DNA of 21,068 bases from the IMG/VR virus record IMGVR_UViG_2778260996_000004, one strand, 5' to 3'. The notes under the pieces are model-generated. The model searched no databases, was not told the origin of the DNA, and saw only the letters and a list, made by a program, of their open reading frames with translations. The number at the start of each line of letters is the position of its first letter. The stretch's first letter is position 1. Below are positions 7,422-17,100 of the stretch, piece by piece. Source of the stretch: a virus. Its lineage: Duplodnaviria; Heunggongvirae; Uroviricota; Caudoviricetes. Both the position numbers and the translations under genes were made by a program.

Positions 7422-8929
7422 TGGCAATTCTTGATGATGTGATTGGCGTTTTTTCACCAGGATGGAAAGCGGCAAGGCTGCGTTCCCGTGCGGTGATCCA
7501 GGCTTATGAGGCCGTAAAAACGACGCGGACACACAAAGCCCGGCGGGAAAACCGAACTGCCGACCAGTTAAGCCAGTACGGGGCCGTGTCGTTACGTGAG
7601 CAGGCCCGTTACCTTGATAACAACCACGATCTGGTTATTGGTGTATTTGACAAGCTGGAAGAACGGGTGGTGGGGAAAAACGGGATTATTGTCGAGCCAC
7701 ATCCGGTATTACGCAATGGGGCCATTGCCCGTGATCTGGCAGCGGAGATACGCACCCGATGGAGTGAATGGTCTGTCAGCCCGGAAGTCACCGGGCAGTT
7801 TACCCGTCCGATGCTGGAACGTCTGATGTTGCGTACCTGGCTGCGCGATGGTGAGGTGTTTGCCCAGATGGTTTCCGGGCGCATAAACAACCTGACGCCT
7901 TCTGCCGGTGTTCATTTCTGGCTGGAGGCGCTCGAGCCAGACTTTATTCCCATGACCAGTGATGAGAGCAACAGGCTGAATCAGGGCGTGTTTGTTGATG
8001 ACTGGGGGCGTCCCGAAAAATATCTGGTGTATAAAAGTCGTCCCGTATCCTGGCGGCAGATGGAAACCAAAGAAGTGGATGCAGAGCGAATGCTGCATCT
8101 TAAATTTGTTCGCCGTCTGCACCAGATGCGCGGGACGTCTTTGTTGTCCGGTGTGCTGATCCGCCTCAGTGCCCTGAAAGAGTATGAAGATTCTGAGCTG
8201 ACTGCAGCAAGGGTCGCCGCTGCTCTGGGGATGTACATCCGGAAAGGCGACGGGCAGAGCTATGAACCGGATGGTAATGGCAGCAAGGAGAATGAACGCG
8301 AGCTTACCATTCAGCCAGGCATTATTTACGACGATCTGAAACCCGGCGAAGAAATCGGAATGGTGAAGTCGGATCGTCCCAATCCTAACCTTGAAACTTT
8401 TCGTAATGGTCAGTTGCGTGCCGTGGCGGCGGGCAGTCGTCTGAGTTTTTCCAGTACGGCACGCAACTATAACGGCACTTACAGCGCCCAGCGTCAGGAG
8501 CTGGTTGAATCCACAGATGGCTACCTGATCCTGCAGGACTGGTTTATTGGTGCCGTCACCCGCCCGATGTATCGTGCCTGGCTGAAACAGGCTGTGGCAT
8601 CCGGTGTTATCAGGCTACCCCGCGATCTTGACCGTTCTTCACTGTATACCGCGGTGTATTCCGGACCGGTGATGCCGTGGATTGACCCTGTTAAGGAGGC
8701 TGAGGCCTGGAAAATCCAGATTCGTGGTGGAGCGGCGACAGAATCAGACTGGGTACGTGCTGGTGGTCGTAATCCGGATGATGTCAAACGTCGGCGCAAG
8801 GCCGAAATTGATGAAAACCGCAAGCTGGATCTGGTATTTGATACCGATCCGGCCAGTGATAAAGGAGGCAGCAGTGCCGCAACGAAACGACAGGAGCCGC
8901 AGCACACCGACGACCAGTCCGAAGAATAA
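7421..8929 (+). CDS. portal protein
   Basis: 502 aa from ATG 7421; position after terminase and W; size and layout typical of lambda-family portals. Confidence 0.85.
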   Translation: MAILDDVIGVFSPGWKAARLRSRAVIQAYEAVKTTRTHKARRENRTADQLSQYGAVSLREQARYLDNNHDLVIGVFDKLEERVVGKNGIIVEPHPVLRNGAIARDLAAEIRTRWSEWSVSPEVTGQFTRPMLERLMLRTWLRDGEVFAQMVSGRINNLTPSAGVHFWLEALEPDFIPMTSDESNRLNQGVFVDDWGRPEKYLVYKSRPVSWRQMETKEVDAERMLHLKFVRRLHQMRGTSLLSGVLIRLSALKEYEDSELTAARVAAALGMYIRKGDGQSYEPDGNGSKENERELTIQPGIIYDDLKPGEEIGMVKSDRPNPNLETFRNGQLRAVAAGSRLSFSSTARNYNGTYSAQRQELVESTDGYLILQDWFIGAVTRPMYRAWLKQAVASGVIRLPRDLDRSSLYTAVYSGPVMPWIDPVKEAEAWKIQIRGGAATESDWVRAGGRNPDDVKRRRKAEIDENRKLDLVFDTDPASDKGGSSAATKRQEPQHTDDQSEE

Positions 8930-10901
8930 TTCTTGGTTCAGGATGCAGGCTGGTCACCAGAGTGACGCGGATATTTATATTTATGACGAGATTGGTTTCT
9001 GGGGTGTTACAGCGAAGCAGTTTATCAGTGATCTGAATGCACTGGGCGATATCACCCACATTAATCTCCATATCAATTCACCGGGTGGCGATGTCTTTGA
9101 AGGCATCGCCATTTTTAATGCACTGAAAACACATGGTGCGTCCATTACCGTTTATGTCGACGGTGTGGCGGCGTCAATGGCGTCGGTCATTGCGATGGTG
9201 GGAAACCCGGTCATTATGCCGGAAAACACCTTCATGATGATTCATAAACCATTTGGCTTTACGGGCGGTGATGCGGAGGACATGCGCACCTATGCCGACC
9301 TGCTCGATAAGGTTGAGGCGGTTCTGTTACCCGCTTATGCACAGAAAACCGGGAAAACCACCGATGAAATTGCTGCCATGCTGGCGGATGAGACCTGGAT
9401 GTCCGGTGCCGAATGTCTGGCACATGGATTTGCTGATCAGGTGACGCCAGCCGTTAAGGCAATGGCATGTATTCAGTCAAAACGTACAGAGGAATTTAAA
9501 AAGATGCCGGAATCCATTCGAAACATGATTACTCCGCCACGCAACAGTGCTCCACGCGTACAGGATGATGAACCTGCAGCCTCCCGGACGCCAGTGCAGG
9601 CAGCAGCACCCGTGGTGGATGAAAACAGCATCCGTGCGCAGGTACTGGCAGAGCAAAAAGCGCGTGTAAACGGTATTAATGATCTGTTTGCCATGTTTGG
9701 CGGGCGTTATCAGACGCTGCAGGCTCAGTGTCTTGCCGATCCTGAATGTTCGCTGGAGCAGGCCCGCGAAAAGCTGTTGAACGAGATGGGGCGCGAGTCC
9801 ACGCCATCCAATAAAAATACCCCGGCTCATATTTATGCCGGTAACGGTAATTTTGTGGGGGACGGGATTCGCCAGGCGCTGATGGCGCGTGCCGGATTTG
9901 AAAAAACCGAACGTGATAATGTCTACAACGGGATGACCCTGCGTGAATATGCCCGTATGTCACTGACTGAACGGGGTATTGGGATTTCCAGTTATAACCC
10001 GATGCAGATGGTCGGTGCGGCGTTCACACACAGTACGTCTGACTTCGGTAATATTCTGCTGGATGTTGCGAACAAAGCCATTCTGCAGGGCTGGGAAGAT
10101 GCCCCTGAAACCTATGAACAGTGGACGCGGAAAGGTCAGTTGTCTGATTTTAAAATTGCCCATCGTGTGGGTATGGGGGGCTTCAGTGCTCTGCGTCAGG
10201 TGCGTGAAGGGGCGGAATATAAATACGTCACCACCGGAGATAAACAGGCCACTATTGCACTGGCGACCTATGGCGAGCTGTTCAGTATCACCCGTCAGGC
10301 CATTATCAATGATGATCTGAATATGCTGACCGATGTCCCGATGAAGCTGGGCCGTGCGGCGAAATCCACTATTGCCGATCTGGTTTATGCCATTCTGACG
10401 TCTAACCCGAAAATCTCCACAGATAATGTAAGTCTGTTCGATAAAGCGAAACATGCAAACGTACTGGAGAGCGCTGCAATGGACGTGGCATCGCTGGATA
10501 AAGCCCGCCAGTTGATGCGCGTTCAGAAAGAGGGGGAGCGTCATCTGAATATTCGTCCTGCGTTCGTACTGGTACCGACGGCGATGGAGTCTGTTGCTAA
10601 CCAGGTCATTCGCTCCTCAAGTGTCAAGGGGGCTGACATTAACGCCGGTATTATTAACCCGGTGAAAGATTTTGCGACCGTTATTGCAGAGCCTCGTCTT
10701 GATGATAACAGCCAGACCACCTTCTACCTGGCTGCGTCAAAAGGCTCCGATACGATTGAAGTGGCTTATCTCAACGGTGTGGATACGCCATATATTGATC
10801 AGATGGAGGGCTTCAGTGTGGATGGCGTGACAACGAAAGTGCGTATTGACGCCGGTGTCGCGCCAGTTGATCACCGCGGTCTGGTGAAATGTACGGCGTA
10901 A
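8874..10901 (+). CDS. prohead protease (ClpP/S14-type) - scaffold-like linker - major capsid protein fusion
   Basis: N-terminal ClpP-like region (IYIYDEIGFWG...INSPGGDV...MASVIAMVG), then a long C-terminal domain in the major-capsid position. Start ambiguous: GTG 8874 has a strong SD (AAAGGAGG 8861-8868) but overlaps the portal 3' end; ATG 8943 lacks an SD. Confidence 0.8.
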   Translation: MPQRNDRSRSTPTTSPKNNSWFRMQAGHQSDADIYIYDEIGFWGVTAKQFISDLNALGDITHINLHINSPGGDVFEGIAIFNALKTHGASITVYVDGVAASMASVIAMVGNPVIMPENTFMMIHKPFGFTGGDAEDMRTYADLLDKVEAVLLPAYAQKTGKTTDEIAAMLADETWMSGAECLAHGFADQVTPAVKAMACIQSKRTEEFKKMPESIRNMITPPRNSAPRVQDDEPAASRTPVQAAAPVVDENSIRAQVLAEQKARVNGINDLFAMFGGRYQTLQAQCLADPECSLEQAREKLLNEMGRESTPSNKNTPAHIYAGNGNFVGDGIRQALMARAGFEKTERDNVYNGMTLREYARMSLTERGIGISSYNPMQMVGAAFTHSTSDFGNILLDVANKAILQGWEDAPETYEQWTRKGQLSDFKIAHRVGMGGFSALRQVREGAEYKYVTTGDKQATIALATYGELFSITRQAIINDDLNMLTDVPMKLGRAAKSTIADLVYAILTSNPKISTDNVSLFDKAKHANVLESAAMDVASLDKARQLMRVQKEGERHLNIRPAFVLVPTAMESVANQVIRSSSVKGADINAGIINPVKDFATVIAEPRLDDNSQTTFYLAASKGSDTIEVAYLNGVDTPYIDQMEGFSVDGVTTKVRIDAGVAPVDHRGLVKCTA

Positions 10902-10924
10902 ACGTCGCAGACAACAACTCTGAT

Positions 10925-10944
10925 GGCCCGTAAGGGCTTTTTTT
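10925..10944 (+). terminator. weak intrinsic terminator/attenuator after the capsid gene
   Basis: GCCC-gtaa-GGGC stem followed by T7 tract, 25 nt after the capsid stop. Confidence 0.4.
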
Positions 10945-10987
10945 GTACCTGAAATCAGCCCCTGAACGGGGCTGTGCGGAGACAGTT

Positions 10988-11311
10988 ATGGCAAAGAATT
11001 TTGTAGAAGAAGGAAAAACGGTGGCGATTGTTGCCAGTGCAGCCATCAGCAGCGGAGACCTGGTGCAGGTGGGTGATGTTTTTGCGGTGGCGCTGACCGA
11101 TATTCCACAGGGTGAAACAGGCGACGGCCTGACCGAAGGTGTGTTTATGCTGCCTAAGCTGAAAACGGATGACATGAAAACGGGTAAGAAGGTTTATCTG
11201 AAGTCCGGAAAAGTTCAGCTGACTAACAGCGGCTCTGATCCGCTGGTCGGGGTTGTCTGGGCAGATGCCGGAACCAGTGCAGAAGAAGTGCCGGTAAAAC
11301 TCAATGTCTGA
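10988..11311 (+). CDS. small head-associated protein (107 aa), possibly DUF2190-like
   Basis: GGAG upstream of ATG 10988; position directly after the major capsid gene; Gly/Val-rich. Family assignment is from memory and weak. Confidence 0.5.
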   Translation: MAKNFVEEGKTVAIVASAAISSGDLVQVGDVFAVALTDIPQGETGDGLTEGVFMLPKLKTDDMKTGKKVYLKSGKVQLTNSGSDPLVGVVWADAGTSAEEVPVKLNV

Positions 11312-11579
11312 TCCCTTTTCCCGGCTGGCAGCGCGTATGGATGCGATCACGGTCAGAAAGATGGGAAAGACAGCCTCGATTAATGATGTCGATATGACTG
11401 TGATCCCGGGAGAAACACTGGCAGAGCTGAATGCTCTGTCCGGACCTGCGGTCTCTCTGGTGGTGTTTTCTTCGGGATACCGCCCACGGCGCGGGGATCG
11501 CGTTGTTTATGACGGACAACATTGGACGGTCACACGGCATGAACGCTTTAACGGTAAGCCAATGATCTTTATTGAGTAA
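11304..11579 (+). CDS. head-tail connector, FII-like
   Basis: 91 aa; sits where FII sits in lambda (before Z); RRGD motif similar to lambda FII; start overlaps the upstream stop (ATGTCTGA). Confidence 0.55.
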   Translation: MSDPFSRLAARMDAITVRKMGKTASINDVDMTVIPGETLAELNALSGPAVSLVVFSSGYRPRRGDRVVYDGQHWTVTRHERFNGKPMIFIE

Positions 11580-11590
11580 AGAGGTGTGGG

Positions 11591-12181
11591 ATGAAGGGGC
11601 TTGAGAATGCCATCCGCAATCTGAACAGCCTTGATACCCGTATGGTGCCACAGGCCAGCGCATGGGCGATAAACCGTGTGGCACAGAAAGCGGTCTCGGT
11701 TGCCACCCGGCAGGTTGCCGGGAATACCGTTGCGGGAGATAACCAGGTGAAAGGGATCCCCCTGAAACTGGTACGTCAGCGTGTCCGGGTGTTTAAAGCC
11801 AGTCCGTCAGGAAAAATGACGGCCAGGATCCGCGTTAACCGGGGCAATCTGCCCGCCATCAAACTGAACACAACACGGCGGCGTGCTGGTGAAGGACTGA
11901 GAGTGGGAAAATACTTTTTCCGGGGGGCATTTGTTCAGCAACTGGCGAATGGCCGCTGGCATGTTCTGAGGCGTCTTCCTGAAGCGCGTTTTGCAACAGG
12001 GCATGACTATCAGGGCAGGCCAAGGAAAAATCGTCTTCCTGTGGAGGTAGTGAAAATCCCGCTGTCCGGACCGCTGACACAGGCATTTGAAGATGCCCGC
12101 GACCGCATCATTGCTGCGGAAATGCCGAAACAGCTGGGGTATGTACTGAAACAACAACTGAGATTATGGCTGACCCGATGA
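11591..12181 (+). CDS. Z: minor tail protein Z (tail completion)
   Basis: 196 aa; clear similarity to lambda Z (MKGLE.A..NL...AINRVA...NGRWHV..R......EVVKIP...PL..AF...LG.L.QQLR). Confidence 0.9.
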   Translation: MKGLENAIRNLNSLDTRMVPQASAWAINRVAQKAVSVATRQVAGNTVAGDNQVKGIPLKLVRQRVRVFKASPSGKMTARIRVNRGNLPAIKLNTTRRRAGEGLRVGKYFFRGAFVQQLANGRWHVLRRLPEARFATGHDYQGRPRKNRLPVEVVKIPLSGPLTQAFEDARDRIIAAEMPKQLGYVLKQQLRLWLTR

Positions 12182-12579
12182 ACCGACATACACAAATCCG
12201 CCAGGTCGTACTGGCACGCCTTCGGGAACAGTGTGGAGACAGCGCCACGTTTTTTGACGGGCTTCCGGCATTTATTGATGCGCAGGAACTGCCTGCCGTG
12301 GCGGTGTGGCTGAGTGATGCTCAGTACACCGGAAAAATGACGGATGAAGATGACTGGCAGGCTGTTCTGCATATTGCCGTCTTCATCCGGGCACAGGCAC
12401 CGGATTCAGAGCTGGATATGTGGATGGAGAGCACCATTTTCCCGGCTCTGAATGATGTACCGGCACTTTCCGGACTCATCGACACCCTGATCCCACTCGG
12501 TTTTAACTATCAACGTGATAATGAGATGGCCACCTGGGCGATGGCGGAAATCACGTACCAGATCACGTACACGAATTAA
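12166..12579 (+). CDS. U: tail terminator protein U
   Basis: 137 aa; similarity to lambda U (ATFFDG.PA...FPAVAV.L..A.YTG...PDSELD.WMES.I.P..PALS.LI...TY.ITY); overlaps the Z stop. Confidence 0.9.
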   Translation: MADPMNRHTQIRQVVLARLREQCGDSATFFDGLPAFIDAQELPAVAVWLSDAQYTGKMTDEDDWQAVLHIAVFIRAQAPDSELDMWMESTIFPALNDVPALSGLIDTLIPLGFNYQRDNEMATWAMAEITYQITYTN

Positions 12580-12589
12580 GGAGGTGGTA

Positions 12590-13333
12590 ATGACCACACC
12601 AAATCCACTGGCAAAGACGAAAGGTGCGGGGACGACGTTCTGGATGTATACCGGCAACGGCGATGCGTTTGCGAATCCTCTGTCGGACACTGACTGGCTG
12701 CGTCTTGCGATGGTGAAGGATCTGCAACCTGGCGAAATGACCGCTGATGCAGAAGATGACACTTATCTCGATGATGAAGATGCAGACTGGAAAACGACAA
12801 CCCAGGGGCAGAAATCCGTCGGTGATACTTCGGCGACGCTGGCCTGGCGTCCGGGTGACAGCGGGCAGAAAAAACTGGTTCAGTTGTTCGACTCCGGTGA
12901 AGTCTGCGCGTTTCGTATCAAATATCCCAACGGCACTGTTGATGTTTTCCGTGGCTGGCTGAGTTCACTGGGTAAAACCATTGCCTCAAAAGACGTGATG
13001 ACCCGCACCGTGAAAATCAGCGGTGTGGGGCGTCCATATCTGGCAGAGGAGGGCACTCAAACTGTGGGCGTTACCGGGCTGACGGTGGCACCGGCATCCG
13101 CCAGTGTCAATGTGGGAGCAACCACCACGCTGACCTTTACAGTAAAACCTGACGGAGCCAGTGACAAAGCGATCAGTGTGCATTCGACAGATCCACAGAC
13201 TGCCACGGTGACCCTGAACGGGCTTGTGGCCACGGTGAAAGGCGTGAAGCAGGGCAGTGTCAGCATTGTGGGCATGACTTCTGACGGCGATTTTGTGGCA
13301 GTGGCTACGGTGACTGTCAGCGCCGCAGGTTAA
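12590..13333 (+). CDS. V: major tail protein V with C-terminal Ig-like (Big_2-type) domain
   Basis: 247 aa from ATG 12590 (AAGGAGG RBS); strong similarity to lambda V (KGAGTT.W.Y.G.GD..ANPLSD.DW.RLA.VKDL.PGE...NGTVDVFRGW). Confidence 0.9.
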   Translation: MTTPNPLAKTKGAGTTFWMYTGNGDAFANPLSDTDWLRLAMVKDLQPGEMTADAEDDTYLDDEDADWKTTTQGQKSVGDTSATLAWRPGDSGQKKLVQLFDSGEVCAFRIKYPNGTVDVFRGWLSSLGKTIASKDVMTRTVKISGVGRPYLAEEGTQTVGVTGLTVAPASASVNVGATTTLTFTVKPDGASDKAISVHSTDPQTATVTLNGLVATVKGVKQGSVSIVGMTSDGDFVAVATVTVSAAG

Positions 13334-13354
13334 CAGGACGATACTCATCATTTG

Positions 13355-13377
13355 CCCCGGTTATCCGGGGCTTTTTT
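13355..13377 (+). terminator. intrinsic terminator-like hairpin between V and G
   Basis: CCCCGG-ttat-CCGGGG followed by CTTTTTT. Confidence 0.45.
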
Positions 13378-13390
13378 GCAGGTGGAGAAC

Positions 13391-13780
13391 ATGATGTTTC
13401 TGAAACAGGGCACGTTTAATTATGAAAAGCAGTCCGTGGTGCTCAGTGAGCTGTCCGGGCTGCAGAGAATTGAATATCTGGCGTTTGTTCAGCAGCGAAC
13501 GGCAAAGTTTGATGCCGAAGAGGGAGAACTGCCGGAGGCTGAACGACAGATTGCTTTTCTGCGGATGGGGATGGATATCAATGCCTGGCTGGTTTCCCGC
13601 TCACTGTGGAATGCGGAACAGTCTCAGGATGTTGAGACGCTTTGCGCATCCGTAATTACAACATGGTCGTATGATGCCCTGGGTGCGGGGGCGGAGATGG
13701 TTCTGTCGCTGAGCGGTATGGGAGCCATTGAGAATGCCGGGGATTTGGAGCATGAGGTGCTGACGCCGGAAAAGTCCTGA
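13391..13780 (+). CDS. G: tail assembly chaperone G
   Basis: 129 aa from ATG 13391; similarity to lambda G (MFLK...LSELS.LQRIE.LA). Confidence 0.8.
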   Translation: MMFLKQGTFNYEKQSVVLSELSGLQRIEYLAFVQQRTAKFDAEEGELPEAERQIAFLRMGMDINAWLVSRSLWNAEQSQDVETLCASVITTWSYDALGAGAEMVLSLSGMGAIENAGDLEHEVLTPEKS

Positions 13781-14118
13781 CGCGGGAAATGCAGTTTGTC
13801 ATGCGGCTTGCCCGGGAGTTCCGGCGGGCAGACTGGCGGCGGATGCTGTCGGAAATGTCGGCCACTGAGCTTGGGGAGTGGGGCGATTATTTCCGGATGC
13901 AGAGCTTCAGTGATGTGTGGATGGATGCGCAGTTTGCCTCGCTGAAGGCATTGATCGTGAGAATGGTGTCCGGCAGCAGTGATGCTGCGGTGGCTGATTT
14001 CAGCCTTTTACCGGAAGAGAACGGGATACCGGAGCGAACGGACGAAGAACTGATGCATCTTGGGGAAGGTATTTCCGGAGGTGTGCGTTATGGACCAGAT
14101 AGCCAACCTGGTCATTGA
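13756..14118 (+). CDS. T: T-frame segment of tail assembly chaperone G-T, reached by programmed -1 frameshift from G
   Basis: The -1 frame relative to G is open from 13756 to 14118 and overlaps the last 8 codons of G; A-rich candidate slip site CCG GAA AAG at 13766-13774; conserved G/GT architecture of siphovirus tails. Confidence 0.65.
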   Translation, partial: GADAGKVLTREMQFVMRLAREFRRADWRRMLSEMSATELGEWGDYFRMQSFSDVWMDAQFASLKALIVRMVSGSSDAAVADFSLLPEENGIPERTDEELMHLGEGISGGVRYGPDSQPGH

Positions 14119-17100
14119 TTTGGGGATTGATGCGGCAGAGTTTAAAAATGAAATTCCCCGTATCAAAAACCTTCTGAATGGTGCAGCCAGCGATGCAGAA
14201 CGGTCTTCTGCCCGTATGCAGCGTTTTATGGAGCGTCAGACTCAGGCCGCCCGGCAGACAACGCAGGCGGCTTCTTCGGCTGCAACAGCCGCATCCGTCC
14301 ATGCGCAGACGGTGGAGAAGAACGCACAGGCTCATGAACGCATGGCCCGCGAGGTGGAGAAAACCCGCCAGCGCATGGAGGCGCTGAGCCAGAAAATGCG
14401 CGAGGAACAGGCGCAGGCCATGGCTCTGGCGGAGGCTCAGGATAAAGCGGCTGCTGCGTTTTATCGTCAGATTGACAGTGTGAAACAGGCCAGTGCGGGG
14501 CTGCAGGAATTACAGCGTATTCAGCAGCAGATCCGACAGGCCAGAAACAGTGGCGGGATTGGTCAGCAGGATTATCTGGCGCTGATTTCTGAGGTTACGG
14601 CGAAAACCCGTGTTCTTACACAGGCTGAGGAAGAGGCTACCCGACAGAAAGTGGCGTTTATCCGTCAGCTTAAAGAGCAGGCAACCCGCCAGAATCTTTC
14701 TTCTTCTGAGTTGCTTCGTGCTAAGGCTGCCCAGCTGGGGGTAAGCAGTGCTGCAGAAGTGTATATCCGCAAAATGGAGCAGGCAGGAAAAGCCACGCAT
14801 TCGCTGGGTCTGAAAAGTGCAGCGGCCCGTCAGGAGATAGGCGTTCTGATAGGTGAACTGGCCCGCGGAAATTTAGGTGCGCTGAGGGGATCCGGAATAA
14901 CGCTGGCTAACCGTGCCGGGTGGATAGACACATTGATGTCACCGAAAGGCATGATGCTGGGCGGGGTTATTGGCGGTATTGCCGCGGCCGTCTATGGTCT
15001 GGGTAAAGCCTGGTATGACGGTCAGAAGGAGGGGGAAGAATTTAACCGCCAGCTGTCACTGACGGGGCATTATGCCGGAGTCACTGCCGGGCAGCTGTGG
15101 ACGCTCAGTCGTGCTATTTCCGGGAATGGTATCACGCAACATGCTGCAGCCGGTGCGCTGGCTCAGGTGGTGGGGAGTGGTGCATTTCGTGGAAACGATA
15201 TCGGTATGGTGGCGAGAGCTGCCGCAAAGATGGAGCGATCGGTTGGCCAGTCGGTCAGCGATACCATAAATCAGTTTAAGCGGCTGAAGGATGATCCTGT
15301 AAATGCCGCGAAGGCTCTGGACAATGAGCTGCATTTTCTTACTGCCACTCAGCTTGAGCAGATACGCGTCCTTGGGGATCAGGGGCGGTCCAGTGATGCG
15401 GCACGGATAGCCATGTCTGCACTGGCAGAGGAAACCGGTCGGCGTACTGCGGATATTGATAATAACCTCAATGCGCTGGGCAGTACGCTGAAGTATCTGT
15501 CTGATTTATGGAGTCGTTTCTGGGATGCGGCCATGAATATTGGTCGTGAAGACTCGCTGGATGAACAGATTGCCGCTTTACAGGAGAAAGTGTCGCGGGC
15601 GAAAAGACTCCCCTGGACGGCATCATCTTCTCAGGTTGAATACGATCAGCAGCGTCTTAACGATCTTCAGGAGAAAAAACGCCAGAAGGATTTGCAGGAT
15701 GCAAAAGAGCAGGCAGAGCGGAATTATCAGGAGCAACAGAAACGCCGTAATGCTGAAAATGCTGCACTGAACCGGATGAATGAAACGGAAGCAGCACGAC
15801 ATCAGCGTGAAATTGCGCGTATTAATGCCATGCAGTACGCCGATCAGGCTGTCAGGGATGCGGCGATACAACGTGAAAATGAACGTTACGAGAAAGCCAT
15901 TAAGAAAAAAACATCTGAAAACCGCAATGATGAAGCCACCCGGTTGCTGTTGCAGTACAGTCAGCAGCAGGCGCAGGTGGAGGGGCAGATCGCCGCCGCC
16001 AGACAGTCCGCGGGACTGACCACGGAAAAAATGACAGAGGCGCATAAGCAGCTTCTGGCCCTGCAGCAGCGTATCAGTGACCTGGCGGGTAAAAAGCTGA
16101 CAGCAGATGAAAAAAGCGTGCTGGCGCATAAGGATGAGCTGATTCAGGCACTGACGCTGCTGGATGCAAAACAGCAGGAGCTGCAGAAGCAGACGGCGCT
16201 GAATGACCTGAAGAAAAAATCCATTCAGCTTGCCAGCCAGCTGGCGGAAGAGGAACGGGCTCTGCGTCAGCAACATGACCTGGATATCGCCACAACAGGA
16301 ATGGGAGATAAGCAGCGTCAGCGGTACCAGACACAGTTCAGCCTGCAGCAAAAATATCAGCAGCAGATGGAGCAACTGGAGCGTGACAGTAAACAGAAAG
16401 GAACATACGGCACAGATGAATACCGGAATGCTGAGCAGATGCTGACAGACAGCCTTAACCGGCAACTGAACGAAAACAGACGCTACTGGCAGGAACAGGA
16501 ACTGATGCAGGCAGACTGGAAAAACGGTGCCATGCGGGCGTTTCAGAATTTTACAGAGAGTGCGGATAACGCAGCAGGTACCGCTGAGCAGATGTTTACA
16601 GCGGCATTTAACAGTGCAGGTAATGCACTGGCGACGTTCTGTACCACCGGAAAACTGAACTTCAGATCTTTTACCGCCTCGCTCCTTTCTGATCTGGCAA
16701 AAATCATGTCGCAGATGGTCATGATGCAGGCAGTGAAGGGGATTGGTTCGGCGTTTGGCTGGGGGAGTGCAGCAGCTGCCAGTGTGACACCAAATGCGGA
16801 TGGCGGTGTTTATCAGTCTGCTGATTTGAGTCGCTACAGTGGCACGGTGGTTAACCGTCCGACGTTTTTTGCTTTTGCAAAAGGCGCGGGTGTGATGGGG
16901 GAAGCTGGACCTGAAGCCATTCTGCCACTGCGTCGTGGTGCTGACGGTAAGCTGGGGGTTGTGGCGGATATTGGTGGTTCAGGTATGGCGATGTTTGCCC
17001 CGCAGTACAACATCGAGATCAATAACGATGGCACGAACGGGCAGATAGGTCCGGCTGCCCTGAAGGTGGTTTATGACCTTGGGAAAAAAGCGGCAGCGGA

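Noticed and set aside
8682-8873. Extension of the capsid-fusion ORF to 8682
   Set aside because: Lies deep inside the portal gene in another frame with no RBS; the SD-backed GTG at 8874 or the ATG at 8943 are the plausible starts.
9960-10544. 194-aa minus-strand ORF inside the capsid gene
   Set aside because: Antisense to the protease-capsid fusion; no start context or recognisable features.
888-10951. Shared 13-mer TTTTTTGTACCTG after two terminator hairpins (888-900 and 10939-10951)
   Set aside because: Several repeated 13-mers are expected by chance in 21 kb, and half of the motif is the terminator T-tract itself.
15623-16465. 280-aa minus-strand ORF inside the tape measure gene
   Set aside because: Antisense to the strongly supported H gene; Leu/Gln/Cys-rich low-complexity translation typical of the reverse frame of CAG/CTG-rich coiled-coil coding sequence.
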